Assembly: GCA_963575745.1 (NCBI GenBank)
Contig: CAUYUJ010000225.1
Span: 310,001 to 374,000, forward strand
Direction of reading: 5' to 3'
Length of the DNA stretch: 64,000 bases
From: Prorocentrum cordatum
Taxonomy: Eukaryota
Translations under genes and position numbers: made by a program
Shown: positions 1 to 13,189 of the stretch, in pieces
How the letters are laid out: the number at the start of each line of letters is the position of its first letter
How positions within the stretch are numbered: position 1 is the first letter of the stretch
Notes under the pieces: model-generated
Seen by the model: only the letters and a program-made list of their open reading frames with translations
Database searches by the model: none
Told to the model about the DNA's origin: nothing

Positions 1-99
1 TGCGTGCTTACCGCCGCCTGCCTCCTGCGTGCCTTCCCCTCCTGTGCTCAGCTCGGCCCCCAAGGCCTCTGGAGCCTCGGGAGCGGCTGCCGCGGAAAG

Positions 100-300
100 A
101 CTCGGGGGGGAAGGCGCTGCACGAGTCGCACAAGCTCGGTGAATGGGCTCACCAAGTGCTGCATGGTGTTCTGCCACGAGTGTGGCCGCTATGCGACCAA
201 AGATCTCCGCCCCCTGGCGGTGGCCTGTCTCGGCCGTTCCGGGAAGGGGGCCGAGTCTCTCCGAGTTTGTCATGGCTCTGCCCAAGGAGGGAGGGCCCCC
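100..300 (+). mobile_element. 3' remnant of a non-LTR retrotransposon ORF2 (HxSH...CxxCG zinc-knuckle region), frameshifted
   Basis: Adjacent frames give LHESHKLG (from ~117) and MVFCHECGRYATKDLRPLAVAC (from 163). The same motif type recurs at ~59770-59880 (+, behind an RNase H motif) and ~60560-60650 (-). Confidence 0.5.
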
Positions 301-1254
301 TCCACGTCGGTTCGTGCAGTGAGGCAGGCGCGTCTCGGTGCCGAGGCTCGGGCTCGGGCTCCCGCGACCGAGGGGCCTGCCGAACCTTCCCCAGCGGCTG
401 ACGTCTTGCCGAGGTGTGCCTTCGGGCGGTGCCTGCCTGGGGCGCTGCTGCACGGAGCCCTGGGCAGCTCTGAAGGTCTGCCCACCTCGGCGACGAGGAA
501 GGCAGGACACGGTACCGCCCGATATTTGAAGGGCCACGGGATTCCCAAGGTCGTCGGTGTTGGTGTCTACTCTCCTCGATGATGTTGAGGTCCTGTGCTC
601 TGCGCCGCGTGAACGGCATCATATTGAATTCTTCTAGTTGAATCACCCCTCCTTCTTCATCGTCCACCTCCTCCACCTCCCCTGGTGAGGGTAAGGAGGA
701 AGGGGGATACGAAAGATGTGTGTTGAGGTGTTTTGCGGGATCTAGATGGATCCTCAAACAGTGCCTACACTGAGGGGGTCAAACTTGCTTTCTGATGTAT
801 TGGCGCTGGTGGCCAACAACTTCGTATGTTGCCAACGGTTCCTGGCAAACTCTTTTGATAGTCGGGATTCCGTATGCTACCAGCGATGACAGGCGGTTCG
901 CGCCATGGGGTCCCTCCTCCTCCTCCTCCTCCTCTTCTTCCTCCTCCCCCTCCTCCTCATCTTTTTTTTACGTTAAACCAACCTGAGCAAGAAGCTGTGG
1001 CATCTGTGAGATCAGAAAAAGGAAAGTGCAATAACGATTCGGGTCAACAAACCTGGCGGGCGCCACGGAAAATATGAAAGCAAAAACACAGGAAAATAAT
1101 TGGAATGAGAGTCGGCGCCCGCCAGGGGTGACGACACTCACCTCAATAGGAACTCGCCTCCATCATCACCGTTGTAACATTCAAAAAGACACTGTAATAT
1201 TAATGGTGACTGCCGTCGAGGCTCAGCAATGAAGTGAGTCAGGCAATGCCATGC

Positions 1255-1915
1255 TTGGGCTGCTACCCTTGCGCAGTATGTCAACCCCATCCTATCCCGA
1301 TGCGTTGCCCAGCCGCCCCAAGCCAATTGTTTCCCATCGGCATGTGAGCAAGCGAAGGCAGAGTGCAACTGTTGGGCTGCTAGCAAAAGTTTAAGACTGT
1401 GCTGCTGTTATGCAGCAGGCCGATAAAAAAGTGAGGTGGGCACCGAAGTGCATTGCTGCCAGCAACGATCATGTAGCAACGCCCCGCTCGGAGCAAGAAG
1501 CAGTTGTGACTGAACGTAGTAAAGTGTGAGACGTCCCTCTGGCCTGTGTAAGCCCCCCGCATGCCAGCAGTAGGCCCGTTCTTCGGTTCCTCGGTGGAGG
1601 GCGCAACCGTTTCGTCTTCTTGTTGCCAAGAGTGTGGGGTACGAAGCAAGGTCTGATACAGGCTGTGTGCAATTGTTGGGCTGCTACCCTTGGGGACTTA
1701 TACACAATTCTTGGGCTGCTACCCTGAGTCTCTCAACAAAGTCAATTGTTGTAGTGTACTAGAGGCTGGCCTGAGTAGGTTGGCCTGCTGATGGATCACC
1801 ATGGTCCTTGGGGTGAACTGTGTTCAGGCAAACATACTAAGGCACGTATTGGGCTGCTACCCTTAGGCAACCAAAAAATGTGGCGATACGGTATGCAATT
1901 TTTGGGCTGCTACCC
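1255..1915 (+). repeat. Six irregularly spaced copies of the 15-nt motif TTGGGCTGCTACCCT
   Basis: Copies start near 1255, 1372 (partial), 1676, 1711, 1849 and 1902. Several are preceded by (TG)CAATT. Confidence 0.8.
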
Positions 1916-2325
1916 TCCTCCTCCTCCTCCTCCTCCTCCTCCTCCTCCTCCTCCTCCTCCTCCTCCTCCTCCTCCTCCTCCTCCTCCTCCCCCCCTCCTC
2001 CCCCCCTCTCCGACGTTGCATTTTTTGGAGTGGTTTGGGCCCCTGGGTATCTTGGCAACTTCCCTGGGGCTGACCTTCCATCAAGCAGAGTCCTTGGCCG
2101 CCCTAGGGCCAGGAAACAGCCCCCAGATGCCGCAGGCGTGCGCAGAGAGGTGTGCCACCGCAGAGTTTTGCGCGACGCCCTGATCTATGCCCCCTCCTCC
2201 TCGTCGTCCTCCTCCTCCTCCTCCTCCTCCTCCTCGTCCTCCTCCTCCTCCTCCTCCTCCTCCTCCTCCTCCTCCTCCTCCTCCCTTCTTCCCCCGCCTC
2301 CCCCATCCCATCCTCCTCCTTCCCC
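1915..2325 (+). repeat. (CCT)n microsatellites flanking a ~90-bp dispersed repeat (~2100-2185)
   Basis: Pure CCT runs at ~1915-1990 and ~2195-2285. The segment CCAGATGCCGCAGGCGT...GCCACCGCAGAGTTTTGCGCGACGCCCTGA recurs at ~6885-6970, again followed by (CCT)n. Confidence 0.85.
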
Positions 2326-4600
2326 CCCCCACTTGGATTGCCAAGCGTTGCACCCCGCCGGGTTGTCCGTTTGTCCGCCCGTTCGTCTGTGTGTCTGTCT
2401 TCCCGGCTCTCTGAGCCGCGGCGTTTTGAGCTTCGTAGCTCAGGGGCGCGTCGGCCACCGCCGCCCTCTCCCTTGTTGGTGGCCCTGACGAAGTTGGGGG
2501 AGAGGGTGCCGAAACGCGCCCACAATCAAGCAAGGCATGAGGGTGCAAACCCGATTTGTCAGACTGATGCTCCGGCGGGGCCCGTGCTCAGGGGAGGCTG
2601 CAGTATCGCTCAACGATGTGCTGCTTATCCGAACCTGCAGGGTAGGCCCTTTCCCACATGCGTGCCTCGGTGCAGATTGCGCGCCTCGTCTCGGTCGTCG
2701 TCGTCGTCGTCGTCGGCGCCGTCGTGGTCGTGGTGCGTGTTGCTCTGCTCTGGACTTGTTTCCCTCATGCACTGACCACCCACTTGGATTGCCAGGCGTT
2801 GCGCGCCGCCTGGCTGTCCGTTTGTCCGCCCGTTCGTCTGTCTGTCTGTCTTCCCGGCTCTCTGAGCCGCGGCGTTGTGAGCTTCGTAGCTCAGGGGCGC
2901 GTCGGCCACCGCCGCTCTCTCCCTTGTCGGAGGCCCTGACGAGTTTGGGGGAGAGGGTGCCGAAACGCGCCCAGAGTCCAGCGAGACACGAGGGTGCAAA
3001 CCCGACTTGTCAGACTGATGCTCCGGCGGGGCCCGTGCTCAGGGGAGGCTGCACTATCGCTCAACGATGTGCTGTTTAACCGAAACTGCAGGGTGGGCCC
3101 TTTCCCACATGCGTGCCTCGGTGCGGATCGTCTGCGCGCCTCGTCTCCGTCGTCGTCGTCGTCGTCGTCGTCGGCGCCGTCGTGGTCGTGGTGCGTGTTG
3201 CTCTGCTCTGGACTTGTTTCCCTCATGCACTGACCACCCACTTGGATTGCCAGGCGTTGCGCGCCGCCTGGCTGTCCGTTTGTCCGCCCGTTCGTCTGTC
3301 TGTCTGTCTTCCCGGCTCTCTGAGCCGCGGCGTTGTGAGCTTCGTAGCTCAGGGGCGCGTCGGCCACCGCCGCTCTCTCCCTTGTCGGAGGCCCTGACGA
3401 GTTTGGGGGAGAGGGTGCCGAAACGCGCCCAGAGTCCAGCGAGACACGAGGGTGCAAACCCGACTTGTCAGACTGATGCTCTGGCGGGGCCCGTGCTCAG
3501 GGGAGGCTGCACTATCGCTCAACGATGTGCTGTTTAACCGAAACTGCAGGGTGGGCCCTTTCCCAAATGCGTGCCTCGGTGCGGATCGTCTGCGCGCCTC
3601 GTCTCCGTCGTCGTCGTTCGTCGTCGGCGCCGTCGTGGTCGTGGTGCGTGTTGCTCTGCTCTGGACTTGTTTCCCTCATGCACTGACCACCCACTTTGAT
3701 TGCCAGGCGTTGCACGCCGCCTGGCTGTCCGTTTGTCCGCCCGTTCGTCTGTCTGTCTGTCTTCCCGGCTCTCTGAGCCGCGGCGCTGTGAGCTTCGTAG
3801 CTCAGGGGCGCGTCGGCCACCGCCGCTCTCTCCCTTGTCGGAGGCCCTGACGAGTTTGGGGGAGAGGGTGCCGAAACGCGCCCAGAGTCCAGCGAGACAC
3901 GAGGGTGCAAACCCGACTTGTCAGACTGATGCTCCGGCGGGGCCCGTGCTCAGGGGAGGCTGCACTATCGCTCAACGATGTGCTGTTTAACCGAAACTGC
4001 AGGGTGGGCCCTTTCCCAAATGCGTGCCTCGGTGCGGATCGTCTGCGCGCCTCGTCTCCGTCGTCGTCGTTGTCGTCGGCGCCGTCGTGGTCGTGGTGCG
4101 TGTTGCTCTGCTCTGGACTTGTTTCCCTCATGCAGTGACCACCCACTTTGATTGCCAGGCGTTGCACGCCGCCTGGCTGTCCGTTTGTCCGCCCGTTCGT
4201 CTGTCTGTCTGTCTTCCCGGCTCTCTGAGCCGCGGCGTTGTGAGCTTCGTAGCTCAGGGACGCGTCGGCCACCGCCGCTCTCTCCCTTGTCGGAGGCCCT
4301 GACGAGTTTGGGGGAGAGGGTACCAAAACGCGCCCAGAGTCCAGCGAGACACGAGGGTGCAAACCCGACTTGTCAGACTGATGCTCCGGCGGGGCCCGTC
4401 CTCAGGGGAGGCTGCAGTATCGCTCAGCGATGCGCTGGTTAACCGAACCTGCAGGGTAGGCCCTTTCCCAAATCCGTGCTTCGGTGCGGATCGTCTGCGC
4501 GCCTCGTCTCGGTCGTCGTCGTCGTCGTTGTCGTCGGCGTCGTCGCGGTCGTGGTGCGCGTTGCTCTGCTCAGGATTTGTTTCCCTCATGCAGTGACCAC
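2325..4600 (+). repeat. Tandem array of five ~455-bp units
   Basis: The unit start CCCACTT(G/T)GATTGCCA recurs at ~2328, ~2779, ~3237, ~3690 and ~4142. Length differences are mostly in an internal (CGT)n run. The terminal units are the most diverged. Confidence 0.95.
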
Positions 4601-4639
4601 CACCACCACCCCTCCTTTTCCTCCTCCTCCTCCTGCTCC

Positions 4640-6880
4640 TCCTCTTTCCTCCTCCCCCAATCCCCGCACGTAGGTCGGATGAAATTCGTGGTCGGTTAGC
4701 TCGCTCGATCGTCCTGTTGCTGTAAGAACCGCGCTCTGGCAGCTCGGGCATGCTGTGCAATCAACATCGGGTCAACATTGGCCTGTCTCCGAATCGAGTT
4801 GTGCAAATACAAACTTATAACGAGAGGTTGCACAGCAAGGAGTCTGTCCTCACTCGTCATGGCTCGGGCGATTCCCAATCGGCGATCAAGGCTGACCCCA
4901 CACGAAGCAGACGAGACCCACACGGAGCATCCCACAACAACGGACAAGACAAATAATGCCTCTGAATGTCACTCTCGCCAGGGCAACCGAATTTGCAAAC
5001 AGCGTGGACCTGGAGAACCCTCCGCTCCGTCGTCCACCCACCCGCCACCGTCTTTAATGCCGAGGCCTGCCAAGCTGGGGGAAATCCAATCAGACACTCT
5101 TTGAGCATCTGCCAGCTGCACACCGCTTTTGCCTGCCTGGACGGGGGGCCTCGAGGCCCATTTCTCGAGGCGCTTGAAAATGGTGGCACCCAAATCTTCT
5201 TTGAAAAGCTCCAGCTCGCGGACCCGCGAAATCGTCCTCTGCACAAGGACCCGAATCCCAGGAGACAGCAGCTGCGCCTGGCAGAGGGCGTCAAAAGCAA
5301 CTCTGACAGGGGCACGGAGGCGAGGGCAAGCAGGGAAGCCATCAGCAGCGGCCGCGAGCTCCTGAACGAACGACGGCTCGACCCAATGCGCTGGAGACCA
5401 CCTGTCCTTGAGCCGGGAAGTCACGGGCAAGTGGGTCCTCACTGCCTCCTGCTGCTGCTGCCACAGTCCACGCCAGTTGGTGATTGTGCCCCTCGCAGAC
5501 CTCTAAAGAACCGACACAGACTGCACACGCATCGATTGGGGTCTGAGACGGGACCACTGTCGAAGGGCGAGCAGTTGCTCCAAGGGGAAAGTATAGGCAG
5601 GGAGATGCAAGACCTTGTGGAGCGCCCACGACTCCCATCGAAGAATGGGCCAGGGCAGGGGAGTAAGTTGGGAGAGGTAGCTACACTTGGACACCGCACG
5701 CGAATTATAAAGGGTCACCGCTATCGAGGGGTCGGCCTTTGTCGCAGCAGTGTCTTTAATCACCCCCACGCACCCTCTGAACGCACGAAACCACACAAAC
5801 TCTCGGGTAGCTGCTGGGCCGATTCACACCCCAAGATATTCAGCGGTATCAGATATGGAAATCTGGGCCCATTGAAGGACATACTGGGTGAGCTTTTCAC
5901 GAACAAGACCTTCCAACCGCAGTGTGAGAGGACCCGAGACAGAGATTATGTGGAATGTTGGAAGCTTGAGGCAAAGGCCTGCAAACAGCCTGGCCGCATA
6001 GAACGAGCCCGGCAAACGCACCAGCGCAACAAGCTCTCTCACCGCCACCCCCATGTCATCCGCACAGGCCCCCACCTCCGATCCTGGATGCTTGCGCAGC
6101 CTGCTACGCATGTCGCGAATTAAAGGGTACATCACAAGCGCCCACAAGCTTCCACTCGCAGGGTCGCCCTGCATCAGCCCCGATCCCACAACACAGAACA
6201 CAGAACCGCAATGGCAAGCCCTGCAGTGCAACACATGCTGAGGCGAAAGCATATGTGGCCCTCAGAAAGAGACGGAAGCCTTCAGAGAGACCCACCAGCT
6301 CCAGAACGCGCCAACGAAGCATGTGAATCAGAGAGGGGAAAGCGTTCCCAACGTCGAGGAGGAGGATGAGGAGGAGGGAAAGATTCGAGGCCGCATTCGG
6401 GAGCATACTGGAGATCCTAGCAGAGGTCTCGAGCAAAATTATATGGTCTAAGAACTTTATACCCAAGACATATCCGCGCTGATCGCGATGTGCATCCTGA
6501 GTCAGGATGGGCTTCACATGATGATTGCACGCCGTAGCCAGAATCTTAACATCAGTGCTCTTTAGCGCCAAGGGTCTGGTCGCTGCAGATTCTCTTACCA
6601 CAAAAGCCGCATCCTCAGCAAGTCGGCCCTCGGGGGCGAAAACGAGGAGAAGCTCATTCAAATCCACAGGCGGCGGAAATCCCGAGAGCAGTTCCAGGAG
6701 GAGACCATCGAGCACGGGCGCAGCTATCTTCGCGTTCTTCCACGCCGCGTACGGAAGCCCATCAGGACCCGGGGCCGTGGGAGAAGCACGCTCACGAGTG
6801 CGTCGCAGCATATCTTCAGTGGGCGGACTCATCTCCGACCAATCAAAAGCCTTGATTGGCCTTCCGTCAACTGGTTGTTG
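4640..6880 (-). mobile_element. 5'-truncated, frameshifted non-LTR (LINE) retrotransposon: RT domain, C-terminal cysteine motif, short 3' UTR, ending in a (GGA)n-rich run
   Basis: Motifs in order: TAPGPDGLPYAAWK, TRPLALKSTDVKIL, DQRGY, LLDVGNAFPSL, (frameshift) SGLMQGDPASGSLW, GACADDM (~6055-6070), AEYLGV, then CKFGCPGESDIQRHYLSCPLLW (~4930-5000). Final stop at 4696. Confidence 0.93.
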
Positions 6881-7639
6881 ACTGCCCCCAGGGCCCGAAC
6901 ACAGCCGCCAGATGCCGCAGGCGTACGCAGAGAAATGTGCCACCGCAGAGTTTTGCGCGACGCCCTGACCTGAGCCTCCCCCTCCCCCTCCTCCTCCTCC
7001 TCCTCCTCCTCCTCCTCCTCCTCCCAATCCTCCTCCTCCTCCTCCTCCTCCTCCTCCTCCTCCTCCTCCTCCTTCTCCTGCTCCTCCTCCCTCCTCCTCC
7101 TCCTCCACCTCCTCCTCCTCATCCTCCTCCTCCTGGAGGCAGAATGCGTGCCCTTTTTCCTGGGCCGGGGAGCCTATCGTAAAGCAGCTCCGCGATGCTG
7201 AGAGGACGGGCGGCGCCGAGGCGGTCCTGCGAGGGGAAAGAGGCGGAGAAAGGGCAACCGAATGGGAGGACGTGGAGAGGAACGGGGGGGGAAAGGAGGG
7301 GGATGGGGGGGGGTGAGGCGGGGGAAGAAGGGAGGAGGAGGAGGAGGAAGAGGCGGAAGAGGAAGAGTGGGCCGCAGAGTCTAGGGGGCGAGGGAGAGAG
7401 GGAGGGATGGAGGTCGGAGGGGGGGGGGGGGGGGAGAGGCAGGGGAGGAGGGGCGGAGGCAGAAGACAAGCACCCCTCGCCGAGTTCTGCCCGAGCAGCC
7501 GGCTGGCGACCAGAGAAAGGCAGGCCCGCGACCGAGGGCACCGGCGCGAACCACGGCACCCGACGTGGGGGGAGCAGAGATATTTCGAGATAGCGGACCG
7601 CTGCTGTGCCGGAGCGTGCTCCGACAGGGATTCCGGGGC

Positions 7640-7750
7640 GGGCCCGGGCGCAGCCGCGAGGGCCCCACGGCGAGGCCCCGAGAGAGGCGGGGCACCCGGG
7701 CGTCCGAGGAGGCGCACGTGAGCAGTGCGAGGCCCCACGGCCCCGCGTCC
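7640..7750 (-). CDS. Candidate internal exon of a host gene (DAGPWGLALLTCASSDARVPRLSRGLAVGPSR)
   Basis: AG|G acceptor-like junction at 7752/7750 and near-complete G/C at third codon positions. The donor is not determined. Confidence 0.35.
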
Positions 7751-7889
7751 CTTGGGGGGGCAGCTGCTCAGCGCGGAGCCGTGTGTTTGAGAGTCCTGGG
7801 GCCCGTAAGCAGCCCCCGGGGTTACGTTGTTCCCGTCCTACTTAAGGACCGCATCCCAGAAGTAATCTCGAGCACCCAGAAAAGTTGGG

Positions 7890-8114
7890 CGCCCGAGTTC
7901 TCCGGGGTAACTCGGGTCCGGGGCAACTCGGGTTTGGGTTCCCGAAAAACGAACCCGAGTTATCCCTGACCCGAGTTATCCCTGATGATTCGGGGCTCTG
8001 GACGCCCGAGTTATCCGGGGTAACTCGGGTCCGGGGCAACTCGGGTTCGGACTCCCGAAAAACGAACCCGAGTTATCCCCGACCCGAGTTACCCCTGATG
8101 ATTCGGGGCTCTGA
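7890..8114. repeat. Two tandem ~113-bp units, each an imperfect long hairpin
   Basis: GGGGTAACTCGGGTCCGGGGCAACTCGGGTT pairs with AACCCGAGTTATCCCCGACCCGAGTTACCCC. A degenerate relative lies at ~30690-30790. Confidence 0.85.
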
Positions 8115-8732
8115 AAAAGTGTCAACAGAGTGTCGAAACAGTGCCGAAACAGTGTCGGGCGAGTGTCTCCTAGGGCCCGGCACGTGAAAACCCTTGAGTT
8201 TCGGTACTTTCCTGGGCGCTCGAAATTCTTCCTGGCGATCAAAGCTAAAGTAGGTTGGAGCATCATAACCCGGGGGGCCGAAGTCGGAGAAAACCGCATG
8301 GGGGTTGGAGAACCAAACAGAGATGTCGGATGTCTGGGCGGCGTTCGCTATCGGCATGCGCTTCTGTCCTGTAGGCAACGACGCACGACTGGTACAGCTG
8401 CAAGTCGGACTTCGGAAGAAAACGGCTGGGGCTCAGAACATGGATGTCTGCACACCCGACTGATGCCCCAGCGGGGGTGCCCGATACCCCGGCAGGTTCG
8501 TGTCGTGACGATTCTGGCGTGTGTTCCTGACACCGCGTGAATCGTTCCTCCTGGAACGATCGGCAGCCTTTCGACCGCCAGACCTTCCCATATCGGCGAG
8601 AGAGCGTGATCCACTGCCGCTTTACTGTGGAAGATTCCCTCCCTCTTCCTCCAGAACCCGGGGGTCCCCCCCCCCCTCCGAAAATCCCCCCCCTGCTGGA
8701 CCCCCCCCCCCCTCCCCCGGCAAAACCCCCCC

Positions 8733-9667
<935 letters not shown>

Positions 9668-9834
9668 TAACCCCCCCTCCCCCCCTCCCCCTCGAAAACC
9701 GGGGGGGGTCACTACCGGTTCGAACCCCCCCCCCCCCTCGAAAACCGGAGGGGGGCCACTACCGGTTCGAACCCCTCCCCCCCCTCACCGCTAGCAAACG
9801 ACTCCCGGTCGGTCCCAACCACCGTCCGCACCAC

Positions 9835-10295
9835 ATCCCCACTGTTGTTCCCAGCGCCACTGTCCTTACCACCACTGCCCCCACTGGTTCCACCACCGTC
9901 CCTACTGTCCCCACCAGTGCCCCCCCCACTGTCGCACTGTCCCCACTGTCCCCACCACTGTTCCACTCTCTCCACTTTCTCCACGACCCCAACCACTGCC
10001 CGACTATCCCCACTGTCCCCACTGTCCCACTGACTCCTCCGCTGTCCCACTGTTCCCACCACTGTCCCCATTGTCCCCTCCACTGTCCCCAATGTACCTC
10101 TATCCCATTGTCCCACCGCCGTCCTCGCCACCGCCGTCACCACTGTCCCCACCACCACTGTACCATCCACTGTCCCACTGTTTCCACCACATTCCCGCTG
10201 TCCCCGCACCACTGTCCCCACCACCACCGTCCCCACCACCGTCCCACTGTCCCACTGTTCCCACCATTGTCCTCACCACTGTCCCTACCACTACC
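9835..10295 (+). repeat. Degenerate CCACTGTCC minisatellite
   Basis: Dozens of CCACTGT(C/T)CC units. Confidence 0.9.
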
Positions 10296-10886
10296 GTCCC
10301 TACGCCCGGTGCCTGGACCCTCCCTGGAGCCCGGGGGGCCTGGGGGGCCCAGGCCTGAGGCCAGAGCCTGGAGCCCGGAGCCCGGGGCCCGCGAGCTCGC
10401 GGGGCCTGGGGTCTGACGCCAGACGCCCGAGGCCTCCTCCTCCTCCCTCCTCCCCTCCTCCTCCTCCCCTCCTCCTCCTCCTCCTCCTCCTCACCCTCCT
10501 CGATCCTCCTCCTCCTCCTCCTCCTCCTCCCCCTCCTCCCCCTCCTCCTCCTCCTCCTCCTCCTCCTCCTCCTCCTCCTCCTCCTCCTCCTCCTCATCCC
10601 CCTCATCCTCCTCCTGACGCCAGACGCCCGAGGCCTCCTCCTACTCCTCCTCCACCTCCTCCTCCTCCACCTCATCCTCCTCGATCCTCCTCCTCCTTCT
10701 CCTCGGTCCTGCATCGTCTTCCTCCTCTTCCATCTAGGATCCTCTACTGTGCTTTCCTTACAAGCCCCTGCCAAGCGCGCCGCTTGGGTGTTACAACTGC
10801 TGCACTACACACTTCCCGTCTGCCCCGCCGCCCAACCTCACACCTCCCCGCCTGGCAACAGTTCCTTCGATTCTGAATCCTCTGTC

Positions 10887-11066
10887 CTCGACCGCACGCG
10901 GCGTCGAGTCGCTCGCGGCGGTGAGGCCGGTGATCTCCACGGATGAGGCGTCCTTGGAGGTCAGCGCCGGCATCACGGGAGGGCGCTTGCCGCCGAGCTT
11001 CGAGAGCTCCTCGCCGCCGTACGGAACGACGTCCTTGCGGCGCCACTCCTCGCCGTCTCGCGGCTC
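10887..11066 (-). CDS. Candidate internal exon of a host gene (EPRDGEEWRRKDVVPYGGEELSKLGGKRPPVMPALTSKDASSVEITGLTAASDSTPRAVE)
   Basis: CCAG|GAG acceptor at 11068/11066, strong GC3 bias and non-repetitive peptide. A GAG|GA donor at 10887 would give 180 nt (60 codons); a GT donor ~10 nt upstream is also possible. Confidence 0.6.
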
Positions 11067-11240
11067 CTGGATCCTCGATCCTCCAACTACCTCTCGATCC
11101 TCCAACTACCCCTCGATCCTTGATCCTCCAACTACCTCTCGATCCTCCAACTACCTCTCGATCCTCCAACTACCCCTCGATCCTCCAACTACCCCTCGAT
11201 CCTCGATCCTCCAACTACCCTCGATCCTCGATCCCCGATC
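11067..11240 (+). repeat. TCGATCCTCCAACTACC minisatellite
   Basis: Repeated CTCGATCCTCCAACTAC(C/T) units, same GATCCTC core as 20520-21240. Confidence 0.9.
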
Positions 11241-11466
11241 CCACATCTCTTCCTCGATACTCAGCGGAACGGGGACGAGGGAAAACACAAGGCAAGGCAG
11301 AAGGACAGCAGCAAGCGGAGTCGGATAACGAATATCAACATCGGCATAAACATAGCAATCGGGAAACATCGCAAACAGGAGAACGGCCAGGCCGCGGCTT
11401 GGAAGGGTGAGGGAGAGAAGAACGACGAGGGCCAGGAGAAGCCCGAGGTGCAGAAGTCACTTGGCG

Positions 11467-11480
11467 ATCATCACCATAAG

Positions 11481-11541
<61 letters not shown>

Positions 11542-11959
11542 AGCAGCATCATCATTATCATCATCATCATCAACAACATCATCATCAGCATAACCATCCT
11601 CCTCCTCATCATCATCACCATCATCATCGTCATCATCATCAACAGCAGCACTACCACCACCTGCAGCATCAACATCAACATCAACATCAGCATCACCATC
11701 GGCAGTATCATCATCGCCATCATCACCACTATCCTCACCTTCATCATCAGCAGCATCATCATTTAATAGCCATCATCATACTCATAATCGTCATCACCGT
11801 CATCACCTTCATCTCTTCATCATCAGTATCATCATCATCATCAGCATCATCGTCATCATCGCCACCATCTGCATCATCAGAACCATCACCATCATCATCA
11901 GCAGCACCATCATCATCATCATCATCATCATCATCATTATCATCATCAGCACCATCATT

Positions 11960-12015
<56 letters not shown>

Positions 12016-12145
12016 GGCCACCATCATCATCACCACCAAGAGCAGCAACAACATCAGCATCATCACCACCATCAGCAGCAGCATCTGTATCGGCATGACC
12101 ACCCTCATCATCATCACCATATTCATTCAATGACAGAATCATCAT
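11467..12145 (+). repeat. Compound (CAT)n microsatellite with CAG/CAC/CAA variants
   Basis: Direct reading; it is the source of the poly-H/I/S/M/D ORFs. Confidence 0.97.
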
Positions 12146-12574
12146 AGCCGTTCTGACTCATGCAGTTGCTGAATCACTGGCCCTTCGGGCGCATTTGCGC
12201 CCCAGTGCTGCTTCCTTCCGTTCTCTCTGGACTCTCGATCCCCATCGTCGATGATCCTCCTTGCAGGAGCAACAGAGGTGGCCGGCGTAGAAGGAGGGGA
12301 CGTCTAACACCAGTGAGTTTGTTCTAACCAGCCAGGGAAGGGGCCTTGTCTAATGGAGGGTGCTGCACAAGGCACCGGACCTGCGCAGGGGGAGGGGCGC
12401 GTCTAGCACCAAGGATCGTTTGAAAATCAGCTTTGGGAGAGGCCATGTCTAATCCCGTCAGCCCTCTAGGGCGTGAGTGGTTCAGAGCGTTTCTTCATCC
12501 AACCCCTTTCTTCCCCTTCGGGGAGGGGCTTACCCCTCCCCCTCCCCCCAAGAAGGCATCGGCGAGAAGGCAAC

Positions 12575-12900
12575 GATCATTGATTTGATTTAGGTTTTGG
12601 GACCATGTTGGCACTCTGGGGTGGACGGGGGACCCTGGTATGGTATGGCCCCAAATGGCCCACGAGGCTCGATAGAATTCTCCAAGAGGGCCCCAAGAGG
12701 CCCCCAAGAGGCACCAAGAGGCCTCCAAGAGGTTCGAAGCTCCCACGAAACCCCCAAGAGCCCCAAGAGAATCCCCCGAGGCACCCAATACACTCTAAGA
12801 GGTCCCAGGACCGCGGAGGCCCCCAAGGCGCTCCAAGAGGACTGACATAAGCTTTCAAGAGATATCCGAAGAGACTCCGAGTGGCATCCAAAAGAGCTAT
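12575..12900 (+). repeat. CCAAGAGGC-type minisatellite element, copy 1
   Basis: Degenerate (CCCAAGAGG)n. The same family occurs at 52540-53175 (+) and as an inverted fragment at ~16175-16275. Confidence 0.8.
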
Positions 12901-13189
12901 GGCCATTCTGCTCGCCCTCCTCCTCCTCCTCCTCCTCCTCCGCCTGTTACTCTTCTTCCCCCCCTCCACCTCCACCTCCCCCTCCTCCTCCTCCTCCTCC
13001 TCCTCCTCCTCCTCCTCCTCCTCCTCCTCCTCCTCCTCCCTCCTCCTCCTCCTCCGATTCATCTTCCATCCTCCCCCTCCTGGGGTATGACGGCTTCCCC
13101 AGCCCGCTGTTCCACGGCATGCCCCTCCACATCCCTGATCAGGGCAACTCGCCTGGGCATCGTTTTTTGATGGGCTGGTGGGTTTATGC

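Noticed and set aside
1255..1915. CRISPR-like repeat/spacer pattern
   Set aside because: The repeat is only 15 nt and the spacing is highly irregular.
4966..6123. 385-aa plus-strand ORF
   Set aside because: It is the antisense shadow of the LINE RT pseudogene and has no recognisable motif.
6104..7738. 544-aa ORF as an intact RT protein
   Set aside because: Only ~6200-6880 is RT. The upstream part is read-through of microsatellite and unrelated repeats, and the RT is frameshifted before the catalytic motif.
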